A stretch of DNA of 64,000 nt. Source: an uncultured Acidimicrobiia bacterium. GTDB taxonomy: Bacteria; Acidobacteriota; Terriglobia; Versatilivoradales; Versatilivoraceae. Positions 34,591-43,590 of the stretch are shown one piece after another (position 1 is the stretch's first letter; every line of letters begins with the position of its first letter). The stretch covers positions 192,001 to 256,000 of the forward strand of contig CAWBAT010000003.1 in the NCBI GenBank assembly GCA_963786955.1, in the 5' to 3' direction. Both the position numbers and the translations under genes were made by a program. Below the pieces are notes generated by a model. That model did no database searches. It was not told where the DNA came from and worked only from the letters and a program-made list of their open reading frames with translations.

Positions 34591-35372
34591 GCGTTGACGG
34601 AAAAAATCTGCAGCCAGAGCGATTTGAACAGCGCCATGCGCACGACGTCCTGACGCTGATCGCCTACTTTCAGGTCTTCGAGAAAAACGCCCTCCAGTTC
34701 GAATCCAAACCGGCTGTTGATATTGAGGTTGCTCATGTTGATGTCGCGCGAGTGGATGTAAACCTTGTTTAGGTTGAGAATCATGAACGCGTAGTAAAGG
34801 AAGCCGAACGTGGCGCGTTTGCCGATGCCTTTGCCCTGCAGCCCGGGTTCGCCCACGAGCTTCTTCATCTCCAGTTTGCCTGCCTCACAATCAATATTCT
34901 CGCCACCCACAATGCCCACCGGCTGGTCCTCGAAATAAACCCCAAAATACTCTCGGGTGGGATGCGTGAAGTGGTGTTGCAGGTCGACTTCACTCGCTGG
35001 AAACGCTGGTACGAAGCTCTCGCGCACGCCCGGGGCTTGCAACCATTCAACCACTTTGGGGATGACCGCCAGTTGAAGTGGCCGAAGCGAAACATGTTGC
35101 ACGGTCAATTGCTTGCGCGCCGCCCATTCATCCTTCACGGCCGCAAGCGTGAATATCTCGCTATAATACGCCACGTCCTTGCCAGGCTTCCGCTCCTGCG
35201 CCATGAGATTGTCGAGCAGGTGCGACGCAACGCGCAAGATTTCGTCCTTCTGTACGCCGTAGTTGTTGAGTTCGTTGTAAAAGCCTTTGGCGACCAGCTT
35301 GAGCATCTGGTCGCGTTGCTGTCTGGAGGCTGTCTTTTCTTTATTGCTCGCGTTCATTGGCTGATTGATCAC
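34587..35372 (-). CDS. GNAT (RimJ/RimL-like) N-acetyltransferase
   Basis: QGKGIGKRA acetyl-CoA loop; LNLNKVYIHS...RFGFELEG. Confidence 0.85.
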   Translation of the reverse strand: MINQPMNASNKEKTASRQQRDQMLKLVAKGFYNELNNYGVQKDEILRVASHLLDNLMAQERKPGKDVAYYSEIFTLAAVKDEWAARKQLTVQHVSLRPLQLAVIPKVVEWLQAPGVRESFVPAFPASEVDLQHHFTHPTREYFGVYFEDQPVGIVGGENIDCEAGKLEMKKLVGEPGLQGKGIGKRATFGFLYYAFMILNLNKVYIHSRDINMSNLNINSRFGFELEGVFLEDLKVGDQRQDVVRMALFKSLWLQIFSVNA

Positions 35373-35487
35373 TGGTGTTGATAAGAAATCGCTTTTCAGG
35401 CGGCACGGGCACCCGCCCGTTCAGACGGGCTGAAACAACGCTTTCATGGGGAAGAGTGTGCCATGGGGTGCGTGACGAAGGCAAGCG

Positions 35488-35820
35488 ATGAAGGCAAACG
35501 TCCCCTGCGGGCCGGGTCTGCCCGCAGGGGACGTGATCGAGTCTGGAACTGGCAGCGAGGAACCGATCAAGGCTCGACTACTGTTCGAGCCCAAACGGGC
35601 CGTCTACATCACCGACCGCTCGTGGCACCCGACGCAGGAATTCCGGACGCGTTCGGATGGCCGGATCGAGATGAGCTTGCAGAGAACGGGGCGCAAGGAA
35701 CTGGTGCGGTGGGTCTGGTCCTGGATGCCCGACAGGAAGGTGTTGGCTCCCAAGAGCCTGCGGGATCGGATCATGGAGAAGCTTCGGGATGGACTACGGG
35801 CACAGCAAGAAGGAGAATGA
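35488..35820 (+). pseudogene. Isolated C-terminal (WCX) part of a WYL-domain regulator
   Basis: YITDRSWHPTQ...DGRIEMSL...ELVRWVWSW...VLAPKSLRDRI; no HTH or WYL core upstream. Confidence 0.7.
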
Positions 35821-35844
35821 CTGCCCAAACACACGCTGTTCACC

Positions 35845-35999
35845 TAGCGGGACTTCCTGAAAAAATGGGATACTACAATGGTGGAATTCCAAGGCCAGCG
35901 CTTCTTGTTAACCGGCCTCAAGAAAGCCACACCCCATTTCCTTGTGGACTTCCATGGCGGCGCCAATGATGGAATAGGTCTGGGCGTCCTTTTCCATAC
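35845..35999 (-). repeat. 155-bp direct duplicate of 36557-36711 (5' part of the GxxExxY gene)
   Basis: TAGCGGGACTTCC...CTTTTCCATAC appears identical at both loci. Confidence 0.92.
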
Positions 36000-36009
36000 G
36001 TATTCTCAA

Positions 36010-36300
36010 ACCTTCCCCCGCAGATGACGCAGATTTCACAGATAATTTCGGGGCGAACAGGGGTGGAATCTGTCGCCTGATGGTTTTAGGTATGGTCTTG
36101 ACAAAACCTCCAACCTGATGGAATGAGTGTGAGAATCTTTATCGTTACCTATTGCCGATGCTTCTTCCCGCAGATGGCGCAGATTTCACAGCTAATTTCT
36201 CGGCGAACATCGGCGAAATCTGTGGGCTATTAATCTTCTTAATGGTTCTATGATAGGAAGTTTCTTAATACGTTTCGTGAATCAGCCCTGAATTTCTTTG
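36010..36300 (+). repeat. Two tandem CGCAGAT-family palindromic units (~150-bp period)
   Basis: CCCGCAGATG(A/G)CGCAGATTTCACAG...GAAATCTGT at ~36016 and ~36167. Confidence 0.8.
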
Positions 36301-36307
36301 CAAGAAG

Positions 36308-36709
36308 TTATGCCTGAGAATTTGCTCTAGTCTTTTTGGGTATAGTCAGGATGAGACGTTCATATTGCAAGTTTGGGCTGCCAAAATTGAGCAGGAGAGC
36401 TCGAGAATATCCCGTGGCGTTCAAATAGTTGATGACCTGTGCCCTATGAGAATCGATGAGTGTTTCAACGGCCTTGAGCTCCACCAGGACTGAATCAAAA
36501 CAGACAAAGTCTGCCTTGTATAAACATCCCAATAATTGGTTTTTGTAGAGTATCTTTAGCGGGACTTCCTGAAAAAATGGGATACTACAATGGTGGAATT
36601 CCAAGGCCAGCGCTTCTTGTTAACCGGCCTCAAGAAAGCCACACCCCATTTCCTTGTGGACTTCCATGGCGGCGCCAATGATGGAATAGGTCTGGGCGTC
36701 CTTTTCCAT
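36308..36709 (-). pseudogene. GxxExxY protein (PD-(D/E)XK-like) with in-frame TAA at the motif tyrosine
   Basis: [37 protein letters not shown]...YKADFV...VELKA...AQVINYL...LLLNFG; stop at 36620-36622. Confidence 0.88.
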
Positions 36710-36721
36710 ACATGTTCCCAA

Positions 36722-36962
36722 AGCTTCTCCCGCAGATGACGCAGATTTCACAGATGGCTTCTGGGTGGCAATCGGCGAAATCTGTGGGCTGATGGTTTTC
36801 TGAGCGGTTAGACGATAGAAAGTTTTTGAATGCGTTTCTTGAGTCAGTCGGATGTTCTATTGCGAACAGTCTTTTTCTTTACGTATTCCGAAAGCTTCTT
36901 CCCGCAGATGACGCAGATTTCACAGATGGCTTCTCGGTGGCAATCGGCGAAATCTGTGCGTG
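36722..36962 (+). repeat. Two tandem CGCAGAT-family palindromic units upstream of GxxExxY
   Basis: CCCGCAGATGACGCAGATTTCACAGATGGCTTCT..GTGGCAATCGGCGAAATCTGTG at 36729 and 36901. Confidence 0.85.
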
Positions 36963-36976
36963 AAGACTATTAGGAG

Positions 36977-37300
36977 CTACACAGTTGCCCGTTGAATCAA
37001 TCTCTTCAGGTGGTGGATTTCCCTGCGGACCCGCTTTAGTTCTTTGTGATTGTGAGCGGCCAGCGCTTCATCTCTCTTTTTCTTGAACTCTTTGATTTGA
37101 GTTTTCACCGAAGCTTTATCGATGCCCGCTACACTGTGATGGCCGTGCATCTCTATGTTGAGGGCTTGGCAAAGAGCCGGCAAAAGCTGACTCTTGTGCA
37201 TCTGGGAATGGCCCTTGACAGCTTCAGGTCCAATGCCATTGGCAATCTCTCGTAATTCCGCCAGGGTCTTCTTCTTGAGTTCTCCATATGAATACGCCAT
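36977..37300 (-). CDS. Small basic protein with Rho N-terminal-like helical domain
   Basis: LKKKTLAELREIA...SQMHKSQL; AGGAG RBS. Confidence 0.75.
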   Translation of the reverse strand: MAYSYGELKKKTLAELREIANGIGPEAVKGHSQMHKSQLLPALCQALNIEMHGHHSVAGIDKASVKTQIKEFKKKRDEALAAHNHKELKRVRREIHHLKRLIQRATV

Positions 37301-37479
37301 GAAATCAGTCTCCTTTGAGGATTGAGTTCAATTCCAGTCAAGACTAGCCCGGATTTCTCTCTGCCAGCGCCGCTATTGGGCATGGAGTTACGACCCATGT
37401 AGGCCGGGAGCCCCACCCGGCGAACGACATTCCTCAAAAACATGGTGTGTCTGTTTTCCCCGGTGGTGAGAAATCCAGC

Positions 37480-37962
37480 CTACAGCTTATAACCAAATTT
37501 TCGCAGCAGCTCTTTTCGTTTACGTTGATCCTCCTCACCCTCGACCCCTTTGGGCGAAAATCCGTCCACCACTCCGAGAATTCCCCTGCCTTGTTCCGTT
37601 TCCGCAACGATGACTTCAACCGGGTTAGCTGTGGCACAATAAATGGAACAGACTTCCTGACACTGGCGGACTGCATTGAGCACATTGATCGGGAAAGCGT
37701 TCTTAAGGACGATGAGAAAGGTGTGACCCGCTCCCACATTGCTGATGTTGTCCGTCGCAGACTGAACGAGTTCCTGATTATTTCCCTGGTGCCGCACGAG
37801 GCAAGGGCCGGACGCTTCGTTGAAGGCAATTCCGAATTGGATGCCGGGGACCGCAGCGATCAGGATCTCATAAAGATCTTCGACGGTCTTGATGAAATGG
37901 CTCTGTCCCAGAATGACGTTGCACCCTTCTGGAAATGTCAGGCGGATCGTTTTCAGGTCCAA
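37480..37962 (-). CDS. Adenosine-specific kinase family (DUF355) protein
   Basis: GQSHFIKTVEDL, AFNEASGPCL, CATANP, RGILGVVDG. Confidence 0.9.
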   Translation of the reverse strand: MDLKTIRLTFPEGCNVILGQSHFIKTVEDLYEILIAAVPGIQFGIAFNEASGPCLVRHQGNNQELVQSATDNISNVGAGHTFLIVLKNAFPINVLNAVRQCQEVCSIYCATANPVEVIVAETEQGRGILGVVDGFSPKGVEGEEDQRKRKELLRKFGYKL

Positions 37963-37974
37963 GGTGTTCTTCTT

Positions 37975-39441
37975 TCAAGCCAGGACATTGGGCACCAGTT
38001 CTCCGGCAACATCCGTGAGGCGAAAATGGCGTCCCTGAAATTTATAAGTCAGCTTCTTATGATCGACACCCAGGCAATGCAGGATCGTGGTCTGCAGGTC
38101 ATGGACATGGACCGGATCTTTGACGATATTGTAGCAGTAGTCATCCGTCTCGCCATAGACGACTCCTCGCTTCACGCCGCCTCCAGCCAGCCACATCGAG
38201 AAGCAACGAGGATGATGATCTCTCCCGTAATTGGTCTCGGTTAGAGTGCCCTGGCAATACACCGTTCGACCAAACTCTCCACCCCAGACCACCAAAGTGT
38301 CGTCGAGCATGCCTCGCTGTTTGAGGTCCATAATGAGCGCTGCAGAAGCCTGATCGACTCCCTTGGCTTGCAGCTGAATATCCCGCGGCAAATCCGCGTG
38401 CTGATCCCAGCCGCGATGATAGAGTTGAATAAAGCGAACATCACGTTCTGCCAAGCGGCGTGCCAGTAAGCAGTTGGCGGCATACGTCCCCGGTTTGCGA
38501 GAATCGGGTCCATACATTTCGAAAACGGAATCAGGTTCCTTCGACAGGTCCATCAATTCCGGAACAGAGGTCTGCATCCGATAAGCCATTTCATACTGGG
38601 CAATCCGCGTCTCGATCTCCGGATCGCCGTAGTCCTGGGCCTTCATCTTGTTAAGTTCCGCGAGGCTATCGAGCATGTTTCGTCGTGTATTTTTGTCAAT
38701 CCCTTCAGGATCGGACAGATAGAGGACCGGGTCTCCACTGGACCGGAATTTGACACCCTGATATCGCGAGGGGAGGAAGCCGCTCCCCCAGAGCCTGGAG
38801 AAGAGGGGTTGATCAGGAATGAGAGCCTGAGCCTGAGAAATGAGAACCACATAGGTCGGAAGATTATGGTTTTCACTGCCAAGACCGTAACTGATCCATG
38901 CCCCCATACTGGGCCGCCCCGGCTGCTGGCTACCCGTCTGTATAAAGGTAATGGCCGGGTCGTGATTGATGGCATCGGTAAACATGGTCCGAATGATCGT
39001 GATGTCATCGACGATCTTGGCATGGTGGGGGAGTAGTTCACTGATGTAAGCTCCGGACTGCCCGGCCTGTTCAAACTTGAAAATGGGCGCTGCCACGGGA
39101 AGCGAACTCTGACCGGATGTCATCCCCGTAATCCGTTGTCCGTGCCGTATCGAGTCAGGTAACTCTGTTCCCTGGAGCTTGCGAAGTTTCGGCTTATAGT
39201 CGAACAACTCAAGCTGAGAGGGTGCCCCGGACTGGTGAAGAAAAATCACTCGTTTGGCTTTGGCGGCGAAATGGGGCAACCCAGCCAACCCACCCGTCTT
39301 TGGGTTTAGTTCGGCCGTTGAGGCGTTGATGTCCGGACTGAGCAGAGACCCCAACGCAACAATCCCAATTCCCTTGCTGGTTCGGGAAAAGAACTGGCGT
39401 CGGGTCAGTTGTAGATTTATTTCCTGTTCCAAAGTCATCAT
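37975..39441 (-). CDS. DUF1501 (planctomycete-type, Tat-exported) protein
   Basis: TRRQFF Tat signal; [39 protein letters not shown]. Confidence 0.92.
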   Translation of the reverse strand: MMTLEQEINLQLTRRQFFSRTSKGIGIVALGSLLSPDINASTAELNPKTGGLAGLPHFAAKAKRVIFLHQSGAPSQLELFDYKPKLRKLQGTELPDSIRHGQRITGMTSGQSSLPVAAPIFKFEQAGQSGAYISELLPHHAKIVDDITIIRTMFTDAINHDPAITFIQTGSQQPGRPSMGAWISYGLGSENHNLPTYVVLISQAQALIPDQPLFSRLWGSGFLPSRYQGVKFRSSGDPVLYLSDPEGIDKNTRRNMLDSLAELNKMKAQDYGDPEIETRIAQYEMAYRMQTSVPELMDLSKEPDSVFEMYGPDSRKPGTYAANCLLARRLAERDVRFIQLYHRGWDQHADLPRDIQLQAKGVDQASAALIMDLKQRGMLDDTLVVWGGEFGRTVYCQGTLTETNYGRDHHPRCFSMWLAGGGVKRGVVYGETDDYCYNIVKDPVHVHDLQTTILHCLGVDHKKLTYKFQGRHFRLTDVAGELVPNVLA

Positions 39442-39442
39442 G

Positions 39443-42400
39443 TCATTCCTTGGTCACTGTTTCGTCTAGGTTCAGAATTGTGCTGGCTACAGTTACCCAA
39501 GCGGCCAGTTCGCTGGCATTTAGCTTAGAGTCAAAAGGCGACTCCCCGATTTTCAAAAGCTTCATGGCTGCCTCTTGGTCCTGGCGATAATGTGCCAGTT
39601 CCTTTTCCGCCAGCTCGCTAAGAACTTGATACTCCTGCTGAGCCGGATCACGGGACAAAGCCCATTGGTAAGCGTAATGGATTCGCTTCGCAGGGTCATT
39701 GCCACCCCATCAATCATGTGTTGTGCCAGGGTACGTGAGGCTTCGACATAGGTAGGATCGTTTAGGAGGACAAGGGCTTGTAAGAGGGGTATTCGTCCGG
39801 GCTCTTCGAGACGTACATTTCTCTCGATCGGGCGCATCAAAGGTCGCCAGGGAAACCGGTGGAACAGTCCTCTTCCAAACCGAATACATGCTCCGCCGAT
39901 AGAGATCCTTACCTGCACTCGGCAGATAATTTTGACCGGTGAAGATTTCTCCAAAAGCCATCTCTTCCCAGAGACCTTTGGGCTGGTAAGGATAAACGCT
40001 TCGGCCACCGATCTCCGGATTGAGGAGCCCGCTGATTGCCAGGGCATTGTCTCGAACGAACTTCGGCCGGAAGACGAAAACGGGGACCTCGTGCCAGAAG
40101 ACGGTTCTCCGGATCTCGTTCCAGCAACTCGGGTGTCACACGCGACGCCTGACGATAGGTGGAGCTGGTCACAATCAGACGTTGCATGGTCTTGATGTCC
40201 CAATGGGTGCGAATGAATTCCGTAGCCAGCCAATCGAGCAACTCAGGATGACTCGGCATCTCCCCCTGTGACCCGAAATCTTCAGAGGTCTTGACCAACC
40301 CAATCCCAAAGTAGTTTTGCCAATAGCGGTTGACGGCCACCCGCGCCGTCAGCGGATGAGAAGCGATCGACAAGCCATTTGGCAAAGCCCGAACCGACTC
40401 ATGGGCGCTTCCTTTGGCATGTGCGCCAGCCAGGTCAACACGGCCGGTTGAACCTTTTCGCCATGGTTCCGATAATCTCCCCGAGTCAAGACAAAGGAGT
40501 CTCGCGGTTTTTGGGCCTCTCGCATGACCATCGTGCTCGGAATCAGCTTCTTCTAAAATCGATCTTCTGAGCATTGAGCTCTTTCCATTCTGACATACGC
40601 TTGTCTGATTTCCTGGGGTGCGTCGTAGGTCAGGAAATACTCGGTGATTTTCGTGCGCTGCGACTTGAGTTCCAGATCCTCTTTTGACTCCTTAGGTTTT
40701 TCAATTCCCGGCTCATCGAGTAAGGCCGCGTCTTGCTTGAGGAGGTCCACCCAGAGAAAAGGTTTGTCCGCCAAATCGGTCAAGATGATCCGAATCGGGT
40801 AATGCTTGCTAGAATAACGACTTCGGCAGGAGTCAGAGCCCGACTATAGAATACTGCAAGTCATCGATAAAACCTTGAAGACCGATGCTATCTTCTTGTT
40901 GCCGATCTCCAGGCCATCGTTAACCTGGAGGGTTCCGCTTAGAGTTATCCTGCAGGGTCTCTGTTTCCACGGCTTTCCCGTCGACATAGATCCTCATCCC
41001 GGAGGCTTTCCCGGATCCATCATAGGTCAGCGTATAGTTGTGCCAATTTTCTAAAATGACGGGTTGTTTAGTGCGGATTTGGATTGCACTTTCCGGCCAC
41101 TGATGGACCAGACGCACGACAACCCGGGAGCCTCTTTTGAAGCGGGGCATCTTCTCGATTTCTTCATAAAAAAGCTCAACTCCCCGCCGGTCTAAGCCTT
41201 CACTGGATTTGTCGGAGGAGTCCGATGTCTTTTCTGCCAATGGGAATATTTGTAGGATTGGCCCAGAGTCCAACTGAGAACGGGATGTTTCCATTCGATC
41301 GCCTCGGTCTTGAGAAATTCCACCTGGGACTCTCCGTCCAATTCTCCTGACTGCCGGATCGCTCCCACGTTATACGCAATCTGGCCTTTGAGCACTTTGG
41401 CATGCTGATAATTCCCAGAGGTGTCAGCCAAAAACCCATCGAATTCGTAATTGGCTAACAGCCCATCTTTGGGAGCTTGAGGCATCGTGGACAATCTAGT
41501 CTTCTGCCAACTTCTCCAAGCCTGGCGATCTTTTCGCCCGGCATCAATCGTTCTTCTGCTGAAATTTTCGCTTTCAAGCTCATTGAGCTGCTTTTCCTGA
41601 TCGGTGGAGGGAAGTAACAAATATGGGTTTGGCATTTCCTCTCGATCCGTCCAGACCTTTTTCTGGAATCGTATTGAAGAAAGAATAGATCCGGTAATAT
41701 TCCTTCTGCTTGATCGGATCATATTTATGATCATGGCAGCGCGCACAGCCAATCGCCATCCCCATCCAGACCGTTCCGGTTGTGTCGACACGATCGATGA
41801 CATACTCATTCTGGTACTCCTCCGGGATCGCGCCGCCCTCGAAATTGATCATATGGTTGCGATTGAAACCGCTGGCAATCTGCTGCTGGACCGTCGCTTT
41901 GGGGAGCAGGTCTCCGGCCAACTGCTCAATGGTGAACTGGTCGAAGGGCATATTCGTGTTAAAGGCGTTGATGACCCAATCCCGCCAATGCCACATTTCC
42001 CGCAAGCTGTCGATATGGTAGCCATGCGTGTCCGCATAGCGCGCCAGATCGAGCCACTGCATGGCCATTTTCTCGCCATAGTGAGGCGAACTGAGGAGTT
42101 GATCCACTCTTCTTTCGTAAGCGTCGGGTGAATTGTCGGAAAGAAACGATTCCACTTCGGTAGGGGTCGGAGGCAGGCCTGTCAAATCAAGGGTCACCCG
42201 GCGCAATAAGGTCGCTTTGCTTGTTTCAGGGGATGGCTTCAATCCTTCTTTATCCAATCGGGCAAGCACGAAATAGTCAACCGGATTGCGGGGCCACTTG
42301 GCATCGCTTACGGCAGGAAGCTCAGGCCGCACGGGAGGGTCATAAGCCCAATGGGTTTGCCACTTGGCGCCCTGTTCGATCCATTGGCGAATCAACTCGA

Positions 42401-42765
42401 TTTGTGGATCGGTCAAAGTCCGTTCGAAAGTCACCGGCGGCATATGCATTGCCGGATCTTTTGAACTGATTCGCTGATAGACCCGGCTGGCTCCAGCATT
42501 TCCCGGAACGATGACTTGATAGCCTCCCCGGTCCGCGAAGGCCCCGCCTTCGTATCAAGCCGCAAGTTCGCCATTCTTTGCCCTTCATCAGGCCCATGAC
42601 ATACAAAGCAGGTATCTGAAAGAATCGGACGAATGTCGCGATTGAAATCAAGCGTCTTTGTTGGCTGGTCCGCAGCCTCAACTGCAGAAGCATCCAAAGA
42701 ATACCAGACGAGGCCGATCAAACCAATCCCGCCAACCCAGTAGAGCAATCGACGTCTCAATTCAT
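39443..42765 (-). CDS. PSCyt1 + DUF1549/DUF1553 (PSD1) planctomycete cytochrome c protein with LamG insert; multiple frameshifts
   Basis: [17 protein letters not shown]; [12 protein letters not shown]; [11 protein letters not shown]; [13 protein letters not shown]; YRRSMY..WKRT; [11 protein letters not shown]. Confidence 0.9.
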
Positions 42766-42939
42766 GTCCTCCTTATGATGACCTCTGAAGCTGCTTGGCC
42801 GTGACTGAAGTAATAATTGTTTAAGCACAACACTACGGAGAAATGACATTGGCAATAGAAGATGATCCGCGTACTCATGAACTCTTGATCATAATGTACT
42901 TCCTGTTGATTTTGCCGTCAATTGTTTCATGCTTTCGAC

Positions 42940-43560
42940 ACTGCGTTTCTGGGGGGGCAGGCGTCCTCGCCTGCCATCGATGTGCAGGCCAGAGTCCCGC
43001 ACCACAAGGTTGGGGCGCAGGTGTCCTCGCCTGCCCACAAGCGGCCTGAATGGCCGCCACTGCGGGCGGGACGCCCGCGCTCCCAGGGGCAATCCCGTCT
43101 GCTCTTCCAAGTCTAATTCAATCTGCTACGGTCAACTGTCGCTTCGTTGTCATGTTTCACCATTTCAAACCGCAACACTCATTTAGACAACTCGCCGCGG
43201 GTTCTTTGAGCGTGCGTCGGAGCGCCCGCTCCACTTGGCGACTTAGAAGCAACGTCGAATTTCGGGTCGAGTTTTTTTTATTTGCCATCCATGAGTTGAA
43301 GGCTAACTCTACTGGTGGTAGATTGCCTTTTCCGAAGGCTTTGTCAGAGCCTTCTGTTGACACGGTAGAAACAGGCATCCTTGCCTGTCCATTGGCCGAA
43401 TGGCCAACATTAGTTGCGGCCTGTCGCTACGGGCCGAAAGGTTAAATGAATCGCGGCCTAGCGCGGGCCGACAGGCTAGGGAGCCTGTCGCTACTGACCG
43501 AAGGGTTAAATGAACCGCGCCCTGGCACGGCCGAACAGGGTAGGAGCTTGTTACTATCTT
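42940..43560. repeat. Cluster of REP-like palindromes
   Basis: GCAGGCGTCCTCGCCTGC (two variants), TGCGGGCGGGACGCCCGCGCTCCCAG, ACAGGCATCCTTGCCTGT, ACAGGCTAGGGAGCCTGTCGCTAC and tandem CCGAA(A/G)GGTTAAATGAA units. Confidence 0.75.
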
Positions 43561-43590
43561 AAGAACTCATATCGAATCCCATTGAATCCT

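Noticed and set aside
35845-36711. Template/variable repeat pair of a diversity-generating retroelement
   Set aside because: The copies look identical with no adenine-specific differences, cover the 5' end of the gene, and no reverse transcriptase is present.
36010-36962. CGCAGAT repeats as a CRISPR array
   Set aside because: Repeats are degenerate, spacing is ~150-170 bp and irregular, intervening sequences are related to each other, and no cas genes are visible.
42843-43590. Short overlapping ORFs and the dld 5' extension
   Set aside because: Translations of GC-rich REP palindromes (GGTPALP, GAGVLAC); unlikely to be real genes.
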